A DNA stretch of 64,000 nt from an uncultured Candidatus Binatia bacterium (GTDB lineage Bacteria > Desulfobacterota > Binatia > UBA9968 > JAJDTQ01), in assembly GCA_965242525.1 (NCBI GenBank), contig OZ251459.1:3616001-3680000 (forward strand), in the 5' to 3' direction. Shown one piece after another: positions 38,735-47,652 of the stretch. A model generated the notes under the pieces. That model did no database searches, was not told the origin of the DNA, and worked only from the letters and a program-made list of their open reading frames with translations. The first letter of the stretch is position 1. Every line of letters begins with the position of its first letter. The translations under genes and the position numbers were made by a program.

Positions 38735-39676
38735 CTACGAGGCGTAGAGCCGGTCGATGAACCCGGTGCCGTCCAGTTCCCGCAGGTAGTGCAGGTCCCA
38801 CAGGGACATGGGACTCAACTCCTGGGCCTTGGGCGCGTCCATGCAACACAGGCGGTAGGCGTTGGCCACGCCCTGGATGTCCGGGTAGGGTTTGGACGCG
38901 AGCTTGGCCACGCTGGCGTAACGGCCGCCCGAGGCCGGTATGCGTTCCTTCAAGTCGGCGAGGATCGTCTCGGTCTCCGCCCGCCGGGTCTTGGCGAAGT
39001 GGATGCCCATGACCAGGGCCTTGACCAGCCGCTCGCCGAGACCCGGCCGTTCCCGGAGCACGTTCATGGCTGTGGTGATGGTGGGGCCGTTGATCATGGG
39101 CAGGGGCTCCAGCGGCAGGACGTGCAAGCCCGCCCGCTCGTAGGCGTCCGTGTTCCCGGTCACCAGCGCTGCATCGACCTTGCCCGCCTCGAAGGCTTGG
39201 GGGAGCACGCCGCGCAGCGCATGGGTGTCCTCCGCCAGCGGGACCCATTCCACGTCGTCCAGCGCCAACCCGGCCCGCAGGACGTAGAGCATGTGGTTGC
39301 CGCGCGGGTGGTGGTAGCCGCCCGCGGCGTCCCGGATCGCGGTGTCGCCCAGACGGTGCCCCTTGACCTCCGCCAGGGACTGGACCGGCTCCCGGGAGAC
39401 GAGGCGGTCGTTGACGCTGTTGCCCGGCGACGCCAGGGAGACGATGGGCTTGCCTTCGGCCACCAGGGCGTAGGGCGAGATGTGGTTGCCGGACACGAAG
39501 TCGATGTCGCCGCGGAACAGTGCCTCTTCCGTGGTGGCCGAGCTGTTGCAGTACTCGAACGCCGCCACCTTGATGCCCACGTCGCGCCAGATCCCCGCCT
39601 TGTCGAGCACCTCCCATATGGGCAGGTGGGTGGGGGAGCGGTAGATGCCGCGTATCCGGATGGGTTCCTCGCTCAT
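38735..39676 (-). CDS. NMT1/PBP2-fold protein without signal peptide
   Basis: EALFRGDIDF, AFEAGKVDAA, LVKALVMGIHFAK patterns; charged N-terminus with no leader. Confidence 0.7.
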   Translation of the reverse strand: MSEEPIRIRGIYRSPTHLPIWEVLDKAGIWRDVGIKVAAFEYCNSSATTEEALFRGDIDFVSGNHISPYALVAEGKPIVSLASPGNSVNDRLVSREPVQSLAEVKGHRLGDTAIRDAAGGYHHPRGNHMLYVLRAGLALDDVEWVPLAEDTHALRGVLPQAFEAGKVDAALVTGNTDAYERAGLHVLPLEPLPMINGPTITTAMNVLRERPGLGERLVKALVMGIHFAKTRRAETETILADLKERIPASGGRYASVAKLASKPYPDIQGVANAYRLCCMDAPKAQELSPMSLWDLHYLRELDGTGFIDRLYAS

Positions 39677-39726
39677 GGCCGTAGTTCCTTTCCTTGGACT
39701 GCGCCGCCCAATCCTGGCTTGAGGCG

Positions 39727-39797
39727 TGGGAAAGCGCGTCCTTCGACTTCGCTTCGCTACGCTCAGGACGAACGGGGGCAATTGTTCAGGGGTTTCC
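39727..39797. repeat. Family B MITE core plus right end
   Basis: GGGAAAGCGCGTCCTTCGAC...AATTGTTCAGGGGTTTCC. Confidence 0.7.
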
Positions 39798-39878
39798 TCT
39801 CCGCAGTCCGGCGTGGTCCGCCGCCCCTCTCCTTTCCGCGGTCCGGCGTAACCCGCCGTCCCTCTTCCCGGGCTCCCG

Positions 39879-40631
39879 CTACGGTTCGCCTGACCGGACC
39901 GCCTCCGGGTCTCCTTCGCCCACGAGCGCGCAATAGTAGCGCCAGGAGGACTCCACCGCGTTGCCCCGCTTGCGTTTCTGTCGGGTGATGACCGCGATCT
40001 CGTGGTCGGGGATCACGTGCGGCGCGCCCAGCAGCGCGGCGCGGTAGTTCATCTCCGCCAGCTCATTGACCTTGATGGCGGTGACCGTCGCCTCTTCCAC
40101 GCTGGCCCCTGCGGTGGTGAGGCCGTGGCTGCGCATGAGGCAGGCGGGCTTGTCGCCCATGACCCCGGCGAACTCGCGCCCGAGGTCGTGGTCGGACACC
40201 GTGACGCTCCGTTCGTAGGTGGGGATGCCCTGCGCCAGGAGCCGGATGCTGGTGGGGTCGTAGGCGCCGTAGATGGGCAACAGGGGCTTCCGGCAGATGG
40301 TGAAGAGCACCACCGTGGCCGGGTGCACGTGGATGACGCTGTGCACGTCCGTGCGGGTGCGGTAGAGCCAACCGTGGATGTGGACTTCCTGGGGCGGGTC
40401 CAGGTGGTCCGACCCGGACAGCTTGCGGCCTTCCCGGTCCACCAGGATCACGTCTTCGGGGCGGGTGAACCGCACCCCGGTCTCTCCCGGACCCCGGGCG
40501 CGGACGAGGAAGGTGTCGGTCCCGGGCACGCGCGCGCTCACGTGGCCGCTGGCGGCCTTGGTCAGGTCGAGCTTGCCCAGGATGCGCGAGGCGAGCGCCA
40601 CCCGGGCTCGGAGTTCCTCCGTCGAGTCCAT
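39879..40631 (-). CDS. Class II aldolase/adducin family protein
   Basis: GHVSAR, EVHIH..Y..R.DV.SVIHVHP, LMRSHG. Confidence 0.9.
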   Translation of the reverse strand: MDSTEELRARVALASRILGKLDLTKAASGHVSARVPGTDTFLVRARGPGETGVRFTRPEDVILVDREGRKLSGSDHLDPPQEVHIHGWLYRTRTDVHSVIHVHPATVVLFTICRKPLLPIYGAYDPTSIRLLAQGIPTYERSVTVSDHDLGREFAGVMGDKPACLMRSHGLTTAGASVEEATVTAIKVNELAEMNYRAALLGAPHVIPDHEIAVITRQKRKRGNAVESSWRYYCALVGEGDPEAVRSGEP

Positions 40632-40656
40632 CCCGTCCCCTGCGCCTCGGCCTCCG

Positions 40657-41826
40657 CTACCGGCTGGCGGCCTGGCGCAGGCGCTTGTTGAGCTCGGGAC
40701 CCACCAGGGACTCGGCCAACCTGGTGTCGAGCATCCGGTTCCGCTCCGGGTCGCGCATCACGCCCTTGGGGTCGTCCCCCGCCTCCATCCGGTCCATCTC
40801 CCGGTTCATCATCTCCCGCAGCATGACGATGCCGCGGTCCGAGGTGGCCAGCCGCTCGGTGGTGCGGTCGGCGATGGGTCCCTGGGTCTCCCAGGCCATG
40901 TGGTCCTGGCACTGCACTTGGTCCATGCGGAAGCGGGCGAAGGGGTGCAGCGCGTCGGGCGGGTCCTTGTAGGGGGCGACGTACTCCACCTCGGGCTCCG
41001 CGTCGTCCTCCATGCGTCCGTCTTCGTTGCGGTGGAAGCGGACGAAGAAGATCCGCGTGTGGGTGTCGTCGATGGGGACGCGGATCTGGGTGCAGTTGGC
41101 CTGCCGCAGGATGTTCGGAAAGATCAGCGGGTGCTCGTCGCTGTGGCCGCTGGTGTAGGTGCGGCGCTTCATGATCCCCAGCGGGAACTCGTAGAACTCG
41201 AAGCCGGCCACGTCGTCGGTGAACCCCCGCGCCACGCTCGCCGGCGTCCGTCCCCGCAACGCGGTGTCCTGGTGCAGCACCGGCAGGTGCGCCGGGTCCA
41301 CCGAGTTCTCCATGGCCTGGAACCAGTTGCAGTCGAGCCGGGGCTGCACGTGGATGGCGCGCTTGCCGTCCCGGCGCGCCCAGAGGTCGTAGTCGGGGAT
41401 CAACGGTTGCGGTTGCGGCCCCATGTAGGTCCAGTAGAGTCCGATGAAGCGTCGGACGGGATAGGCTTTCTGCCTGACGGTGAGGCGGAACCGGCTGTCC
41501 CGGGGCTCGGCCGGCGTCTCCAGGCAGTTGCCCTCCACGTCGTAGAGCCAGCCGTGGTAGGCGCAGGCGAGGCCCCGCTCTTCCACCCGCCCGTAGGAGA
41601 GGGAGGCGCCCCGGTGGGCGCAACGGTCGTCGATGAGTCCCACCGCTCCGCTACGGTCCCGGAACAGCGCCAAGTTCTCCCCGAGCATGCGCACCAGGTG
41701 GACCGGCTGCTCCTCCGTGAGTTCCCGGGCCGCCGCCACCGGCAGCCAGTAGCGCCGCAGCAGGTCGCCGGCCGGCGTCCCCGGGCCGACCCGGGTCAAG
41801 CGATCGTTCTGTTCCTGGGTCAGCAT
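40657..41826 (-). CDS. Rieske non-heme iron oxygenase (paralog 3)
   Basis: CAH..CAYHGW; ENSVDPAHLPVLH. Confidence 0.92.
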   Translation of the reverse strand: MLTQEQNDRLTRVGPGTPAGDLLRRYWLPVAAARELTEEQPVHLVRMLGENLALFRDRSGAVGLIDDRCAHRGASLSYGRVEERGLACAYHGWLYDVEGNCLETPAEPRDSRFRLTVRQKAYPVRRFIGLYWTYMGPQPQPLIPDYDLWARRDGKRAIHVQPRLDCNWFQAMENSVDPAHLPVLHQDTALRGRTPASVARGFTDDVAGFEFYEFPLGIMKRRTYTSGHSDEHPLIFPNILRQANCTQIRVPIDDTHTRIFFVRFHRNEDGRMEDDAEPEVEYVAPYKDPPDALHPFARFRMDQVQCQDHMAWETQGPIADRTTERLATSDRGIVMLREMMNREMDRMEAGDDPKGVMRDPERNRMLDTRLAESLVGPELNKRLRQAASR

Positions 41827-41850
41827 GGCTCGCAACTCCTTTCGGCCCCG

Positions 41851-42996
41851 TCAGAAGGGGCACGGCGCCTGGTGCTCCAGGCGGACCTCCCGCCGTTCCC
41901 TGGACGAGCGCAGCATGGCCAGGCAGACCTCCAGGGTCGCCTTGCCCCAGGTCCCGTCCGGGAACACCGGCCGTTCCTCCACCAGGGCCGCGCGAAGCTC
42001 CATGAGCTCCGCGGCCCGGCCGTGGCGCGGCCCGCAGGGCGCCTGCTCCCGGCCCTCCTGGGTATAGACGTAGAGTCCGTCCGGGGACTGGCGTATGACC
42101 CCGCGTTCGCAACTCACGATGGTCAGGCCGAAGAAGGGCTGGCTCATCCGGTCCCCGGACCGGGCCCTCTTTGCGGCGAGTCGATATTTTTCCCCGGGGT
42201 CCATGGCGCCGGCCAGCCGTTCCCCCCGCGCCTTCCGCTCCATCCGATACCCGCCTTCGCCGATGTCCCAGGTGAGCTCGGTCACGTCGAAATAGCCATA
42301 GCCGTTGAAACTCATACTGGCAACGGCGCCGTCCTCGAACTCCAGCATGGCCGCGAAGTTCCCTTCGGTGTCGAAGTTCGGGTCCCACCGCCCGGTGACC
42401 GCGCGCACGCTCCGTACCATGCCCCCGCCCAGGCACCGGACGATGTCGGTCTGGTGGGGGCCCTGGCGGTACACCAGTCCGCCGCCCTTGTCCGTGTCCA
42501 CCTCGGAAGCGATCCGCGGCCGCTGGAGCCAGTCGTTGTAGTTCATGGTCTGGATGTGGATGACGCGCCCCAACCGACCCGAACTCACGATCTCGCGCAT
42601 GCGGCGCACCGGCGGGTCATAGACCTTGGAGTGGCCCTGGAGTAGCTTGACCCCGTTCCGCGCAGCCGCGGCCACCATGCGGTCCGCCTCCTCCAGCGAC
42701 ACCGCCATGGGCTTCTCGGTGATGACGTGCTTGCCGTGCTCCGCGGCCACCACCGTATGCTCCGCATGGAGCACGTTGGGAGTCGCCACCCACACCGCGT
42801 CCACCGCCTCCGACCGGCACATGTCCGCCACGTTGTCGAAGGTCTCCGCCCCATGCCTCCCGGCGAACTCTTCGAGCGCTTCGGGGCGGATGTCCGCCCC
42901 CGCGGCAAGCTCCACCCCCGGCGCCTTGTGGACCACCGAAAGCACCTGCCGCGCCGCGGCTCCGAGTCCGGCAATGCCGAGCCTGAGACGTTCCAA
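41851..42996 (-). CDS. Gfo/Idh/MocA oxidoreductase (paralog of 27651-28835)
   Basis: GIAGLG, WVATPNVLH, TEKPMA, QGPHQTDIVR, QPFFG..SCERG. Confidence 0.88.
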   Translation of the reverse strand: MERLRLGIAGLGAAARQVLSVVHKAPGVELAAGADIRPEALEEFAGRHGAETFDNVADMCRSEAVDAVWVATPNVLHAEHTVVAAEHGKHVITEKPMAVSLEEADRMVAAAARNGVKLLQGHSKVYDPPVRRMREIVSSGRLGRVIHIQTMNYNDWLQRPRIASEVDTDKGGGLVYRQGPHQTDIVRCLGGGMVRSVRAVTGRWDPNFDTEGNFAAMLEFEDGAVASMSFNGYGYFDVTELTWDIGEGGYRMERKARGERLAGAMDPGEKYRLAAKRARSGDRMSQPFFGLTIVSCERGVIRQSPDGLYVYTQEGREQAPCGPRHGRAAELMELRAALVEERPVFPDGTWGKATLEVCLAMLRSSRERREVRLEHQAPCPF

Positions 42997-42998
42997 CC

Positions 42999-43085
42999 GA
43001 GACCTCCGAAAACACCCTGGCCAACCGCCTTTAAGCAGAGGGGTTTCGGGCTGTCAAGATTACCCGTACGAAAGCCGGAAGAGCC
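42999..43085. mobile_element. Short IS-end relic/MITE at the left edge of the defence island
   Basis: Right end GAAAGCCGGAAGAGCC equals the reverse complement of the family C end at 34175; left end GAGACCTCCGAAAA. Confidence 0.5.
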
Positions 43086-43098
43086 GTCCTGCTTCAAC

Positions 43099-43329
43099 CT
43101 ATCCGCTGCTCGAAGTTGCAAGTTCCCGCAGCATCTTCTCACGGATTCCCAGGATCGAGATTCCGACGACTTCCCCGCGCGCCTCGTCGTATCGGACAAC
43201 GATACCCTCTCCAATATCGACGCCTACAGCGGGTTTCGGCGTATCGACAGAGATGTAGAGGACATCCGCCTCCCCATCGTAATCCCAATCCAGATTGCGC
43301 TTGCTTTCGAGGATTCTCAACGCTTCCAT
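43099..43329 (-). CDS. DUF2283 family small protein
   Basis: DYDGEADVLYI, GIVVRYD..GEVVGISI. Confidence 0.85.
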   Translation of the reverse strand: MEALRILESKRNLDWDYDGEADVLYISVDTPKPAVGVDIGEGIVVRYDEARGEVVGISILGIREKMLRELATSSSG

Positions 43330-43393
43330 AGGGTTCCGGTCGCATTCCTTTCACTCTTGCGTTGCCACAGCAAAGTTGGAAGATGCCTTTCGT

Positions 43394-44545
43394 TCATCCG
43401 AAGAAACTCAACTGCTGCACATCTATGGGATTCGTCCTGGGCAGGGCCACCTCTCCAACGGTTAGTCCAGATTCAAGCAAGGTGCGAACTTCCGCAATGT
43501 CGGCCGCCACCTTGACTTCTGTGCCTTCTTTCGCTGGAGTGAGCAAAAGGACTTCACGGCCATCGATGCCCTGTTCCATCAGGAGAGCTTCACTGTGTGT
43601 ACTGACGAGGATCTGGCGACGGCGATTGCGCTGCATTCGGGAGATGAGAGCCGCAAGCTGCGAAACAATGGCCGCGTTCAGCGAAAGCTCCGGTTCCTCC
43701 AGCAACAGCAGCGAATCGCCCTCCAGTAGAGACCACAGAAACCCGATCAGCCGAAGGGTGCCGTCGGAAAACTGACCTTCCCTCTGCCAACCTGCCTTCG
43801 GACGCCAATGAGAGTACAGCGCCTGCAGATGCGGACGCCCTGTAGCCGAATCCCGGGTGAATTGGAGTTGTTCGAACTGCAGCACAGCGATTTTCAGCGC
43901 CTTTTCGATCTTGGACAGACGGGATCGGCGGGTTTTCTCGCTCGTTTTCGCCAAACGCTCCAGAAGCCCCTGTCCGAAAGGGTCGTCTTCGACAATACGG
44001 CCTTGTATGGAATCGGCAAAGCGAAGGAGTTGAGGAACCACGTGCAGATAGGTGATCGACTGGAAGAACCGCACAACGTCCCGGAACTCCCCATTGGAGT
44101 TTATCTGTTCCAAGAAAGTCTGGCTGAGTCGGTTCGGGTCCCTTTCGTCATCTTGATTTGGCCTGTCAAGCAGTTGTCGGCCTTCCTTCCACACCCGTTC
44201 ATGGGTGAGGTACGGGAGGCGGGCCCCTCGTGTTTCGTGGCGAAAACCAAGAGCATAGCGCCACAACGGATCCTCGCCCGAGTTGTTGGCAAGGTGGACT
44301 TCCATTGCGATTTCCGGGCGTCGCGCCGTCAGGCTCCGAATCTTCGACACGCCCCCCCGATCCTTGACCGCCTTCTGAAGCCCTCCCCCCTCGGACTTGG
44401 CGATGTCCCGGAGGAAACGGAATACGTCCAGCAGGTTCGACTTGCCCGAAGCGTTGGCTCCAACAATGAACTGGCGCTTGCGGAGATCGACATCCACTGC
44501 TTGGAAATTGCGCCAGTTCTTGACCCATATTCGGCTGACGATCAT
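43394..44545 (-). CDS. ABC-superfamily ATPase (AAA_21/AAA_15 type, non-transport)
   Basis: NWRNF, IVGANASGKSN, FSDGT signature, LLLLEEPE, VSTHS; no long coiled coil. Confidence 0.88.
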   Translation of the reverse strand: MIVSRIWVKNWRNFQAVDVDLRKRQFIVGANASGKSNLLDVFRFLRDIAKSEGGGLQKAVKDRGGVSKIRSLTARRPEIAMEVHLANNSGEDPLWRYALGFRHETRGARLPYLTHERVWKEGRQLLDRPNQDDERDPNRLSQTFLEQINSNGEFRDVVRFFQSITYLHVVPQLLRFADSIQGRIVEDDPFGQGLLERLAKTSEKTRRSRLSKIEKALKIAVLQFEQLQFTRDSATGRPHLQALYSHWRPKAGWQREGQFSDGTLRLIGFLWSLLEGDSLLLLEEPELSLNAAIVSQLAALISRMQRNRRRQILVSTHSEALLMEQGIDGREVLLLTPAKEGTEVKVAADIAEVRTLLESGLTVGEVALPRTNPIDVQQLSFFG

Positions 44546-44680
44546 GTCTGGTATCCTATCATTGGTACGACCAGGCCAAGGATTCGATCCTGACGGCGCC
44601 GTTATCCACCATGTCTATTTCCAGGTGATGCCCCTTGAGTAATCCCAGCGTGTGACGGGAAAATGTAGTGGGGTGGGCGG

Positions 44681-45610
44681 TCAAGGCCGCGCCGGTTCGC
44701 GGAAGACCTCCGTCTGATGCCATTTTACGAATTCGGGTTCGGGATCATGGCGGCGGTTTTGAGGGGTCCGGAGCGGTTTGTCGTGGAAGTCGAGGAACCA
44801 ATGGACCGGATAACTGCGGCCATTGACGTCGCTGGAAACGACGATCCGATAGCCTGAATCGCCCGCCTTCAGCCCCACGGCTCCCCGGTCGAAGGCCTTG
44901 TGGTGAAGCCCGCACAACGCCAATCCATTGGTGATTTCGTCCGGACCGCCAGCCGCATGCCACTTGATGTGAGCGGCTTCGAGACCGATCAGTTCGTTTC
45001 CGAGACGCACGTCGAAGTCGCAGATGGCGCAACGTTGCTCATATTCACGCAGGACTTCGACCCGGAAGGCCCGGTCACGCGGGCGAGCGGGACTGTCCCG
45101 CATTTCCCAAGAGTACGGAATACCGGTGACGTCACGGATCTCTTGATGCAGAGACTCGGGGAAGTGGCTGTCCAGGAGTCGCTGCGCGGCTTCGCGTGCG
45201 AGGTCCGGCCGTTGACGCAGAAGATCATACACCGGCTCAGGGAATCCGCCTTCCACGCCGCCCTTGTGCAGCTCCCGGACGAGAAGGTCTCCTCTGGCCG
45301 TGCGGGACAATTCCTCGCTGCTGGCAATCTCCCATAGCCCATCGGCGGGCAGACGACCGAACGGACGCTCCGGTTGCGGGCGTGTCCCCGGGCGCGTCTC
45401 GCGAGGCCGACCAAACCGTTGCAGCAGCTTCGTCAGCATCTCCTCGATCTCCCGATAGGGAGCGAAGCGTTCCCGTTCGTTGAGGAACCGACCGAGCGCC
45501 AGCAGGAGAAGCAGCGGCTTGTGCGGCGCGCGCTGCCCACGCTTCTTCCAGACGTTGATCCGCTCGATCCTCTCGAGGAAGTCGCTGCGCGTCGTGGGTA
45601 CAGGGGCCAT
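44681..45610 (-). CDS. Sulfur-binding-domain (SBD)-HNH endonuclease, PT-DNA-dependent restriction family
   Basis: N-terminal RAPHKPLLLL and P..PFxRL..DGLW; C-terminal CAIC..LEAAHI..GGPD..NGLALCGLHHKAFDRG. Confidence 0.85.
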   Translation of the reverse strand: MAPVPTTRSDFLERIERINVWKKRGQRAPHKPLLLLLALGRFLNERERFAPYREIEEMLTKLLQRFGRPRETRPGTRPQPERPFGRLPADGLWEIASSEELSRTARGDLLVRELHKGGVEGGFPEPVYDLLRQRPDLAREAAQRLLDSHFPESLHQEIRDVTGIPYSWEMRDSPARPRDRAFRVEVLREYEQRCAICDFDVRLGNELIGLEAAHIKWHAAGGPDEITNGLALCGLHHKAFDRGAVGLKAGDSGYRIVVSSDVNGRSYPVHWFLDFHDKPLRTPQNRRHDPEPEFVKWHQTEVFREPARP

Positions 45611-45668
45611 GAGCTGGTCTTGGAGCGCCTTTCACTGACCAAGGCGCACCGCGCCGCTCTCGAGGGCG

Positions 45669-46391
45669 TCAACGACCGGCAACGCCATTCCCGAGACTCT
45701 CCGAGACGTGGGTTCGTAGCCGGGGCTCGATGTGTTCCTTGCCGACACCCTGCATGGAGGCGTGGAAACGCTCGTCGCCGACAAGCCTGAAGAACCTGGA
45801 CCCGAGACGACCGGTCGCGCCGTAGAGGCCCAACCGTTCGATGCCGGATGCCAGGATCGAAGCCCTGGCTGCCTGCGTGAGCCTGCCAAGTTCCTCGACA
45901 TTCTCCTCGGCTACCGAGCCAAGGAAAACGTAACGTTTTCGGATTATCGGACGCATGCCCAGGATTTCGTCTATGCACGCTTCCACAGATCGCCCCGATC
46001 GTTCCCGGAGCTGTACGACTTGCTGAACTTCGCTGCTGTTGAGTCCGTGCGAGAGGATGGCCCGAGCGACGACGCGTTGTTCTTCGGCGTCTCGAACCCT
46101 CGCTAACTCTACAGCGGACGTGAAGCCAATAAAATGCTTTCCGGCGCCCCAACCGACTAGCCGCTGAAGGTCGTCGGGTAAGTCGAGAATGCGCAACAGA
46201 CGGCGGATGTGTCCAGTCCCGTTGAGGTGAATGGCCTTAGCGCAATCTTGCAGGGAAACACCTTCCTCACGAGCCTTACGAATAAGCGAGCCTACCGCTA
46301 TCGGTGATAGCGGCCGGCCTTTCTTGTGCGTCCCGTAACCAACGGACATTCGCAGATTCCCAAGCTCCAGAGCGTTCAACCCGGCGAGCAT
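45669..46391 (-). CDS. ParB/Spo0J-type HTH protein lacking the N-terminal CTPase domain
   Basis: LSPI..G.SLQDCAKAI..HIRRLLRILDLPDDLQRLV..IGFTSAVELAR..EEQ..A..I...GLNSSEV follows the ParB central-domain pattern; start placed at ATG 46391. Confidence 0.65.
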   Translation of the reverse strand: MLAGLNALELGNLRMSVGYGTHKKGRPLSPIAVGSLIRKAREEGVSLQDCAKAIHLNGTGHIRRLLRILDLPDDLQRLVGWGAGKHFIGFTSAVELARVRDAEEQRVVARAILSHGLNSSEVQQVVQLRERSGRSVEACIDEILGMRPIIRKRYVFLGSVAEENVEELGRLTQAARASILASGIERLGLYGATGRLGSRFFRLVGDERFHASMQGVGKEHIEPRLRTHVSESLGNGVAGR

Positions 46392-46455
46392 TCGTTCTAC
46401 TTTCCAAGGAAACACAAGATTTCCGAGACGAGATACACGTGGGAAGCAACCTTCG

Positions 46456-47652
46456 TCATGCCGCGACTCCGGTCTCCTCCGGTTCTTCGACCCCGGAGAA
46501 ACTCCGTTCGAGCGCCTGCCGTGCATCCTCGCGGATTTCGTCCCGCCACCAGACGTCTTCAATGGAGTCGATTTCCGCGGGCAGGATCAACGATTCTCCA
46601 ATCCGCCGTTCCAAAGTGCGGAGTCTTTCGAGTATCTCGCGCCGTACCGCCAAGGTGAAGGGGCCGAACACGAGGGACCCGTCGTCCCTTTGCTTCGGGT
46701 TCCCGTCTCTCCGAACCGGCAGGCGGTTGGCGTTGTCTTCCCGCAGTGCGATCAGCCACTCCCGGAAGTCGAACAGGGCCTCCATCTTCTCGGCTTCGGA
46801 GTGCCCGGAGTCGATCAGGCCGCGCAGGCTGCGGTCCTTCTTCACCACCGTGCAGGTCCAGCACCCGAAGCGGGGCGAAGTGCTGCCGCACGAAGGCGCC
46901 TGCTCCTTCGTCATCACCAGTGGGCATTCTCCGCCGCCCGCATTGCGGTAGAGCGTGATGAGGCGGCGGTGGGTCCCGCCCCACGGGGGTCTGCGCTGCA
47001 TGAGCGTCATCCAGACGTCATCGTCGTCCAGATCCGCGAGCGGAGCGAACATCCGGCAGCCGTCCACCGAACCGTGCGGGTTCATCCGATCCGCGGCCAC
47101 CTTGCGCCGGTCCATGGTCCGCTGCCGGTTCTGGGATTCGGCGCGCCGCGTGCCCACGAGGAGAACGGAGTGCTTGGTATCTCGCGTGATCCGTTCCAGG
47201 AGCTTGGTCGTGGGCAGGATCTTCATCCTGTCCGTGCACCACCGGAAGTTCCTCGTGGGCGGGATGTAGCCGCGTCCGATGACACAGACCCAGAAGGTCT
47301 GGTCGATGCAGGGTTCGGTGACGTGCGTCTCAATGGGAAGCTCTCCCTTTTCCGCGGCCTTGTCGATCATCTTCAGCGAGTCCCTGAGATGCCGGATGAC
47401 CAGGGGCGACTCCACCAAGGTGTCGTTCCCGACGACGTGCACTGGACGACGCTTTCGCTCTTCGGCGGGCAACTCCGCGACGGTCTCCCAGACCAACTGA
47501 AGCAGCAGGGTGGAGTCCTTCCCGCCGGAGTAGGCGACGACCCACGGGTGGCGGTGCCGCTTGCCGTACTCCTTCCGAAGCACGCGCCGGACGGCTTCGA
47601 GGCGACCCGGCAAGGTCGCGATGGCGTTGCTCGAACCTGCGGATGCGGTCAT
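46456..47652 (-). CDS. dndC: DNA phosphorothioation protein DndC (PAPS-reductase fold, Fe-S), short form
   Basis: PWVVAYSGGKDST, NDTLVESP, FWV..IGRGY, FRWCTDRMKI.P, GTRRAES, ECPLV, SCG..RFGCWTCTVVKKDRSL, GPFT. Confidence 0.92.
   Translation of the reverse strand: MTASAGSSNAIATLPGRLEAVRRVLRKEYGKRHRHPWVVAYSGGKDSTLLLQLVWETVAELPAEERKRRPVHVVGNDTLVESPLVIRHLRDSLKMIDKAAEKGELPIETHVTEPCIDQTFWVCVIGRGYIPPTRNFRWCTDRMKILPTTKLLERITRDTKHSVLLVGTRRAESQNRQRTMDRRKVAADRMNPHGSVDGCRMFAPLADLDDDDVWMTLMQRRPPWGGTHRRLITLYRNAGGGECPLVMTKEQAPSCGSTSPRFGCWTCTVVKKDRSLRGLIDSGHSEAEKMEALFDFREWLIALREDNANRLPVRRDGNPKQRDDGSLVFGPFTLAVRREILERLRTLERRIGESLILPAEIDSIEDVWWRDEIREDARQALERSFSGVEEPEETGVAA

Noticed and set aside
43394-44545. 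ATPase as DndD
   Set aside because: At 383 aa it lacks the long coiled coil of SMC-like DndD and is not adjacent to dndC; it looks like an AAA_21-type ATPase.
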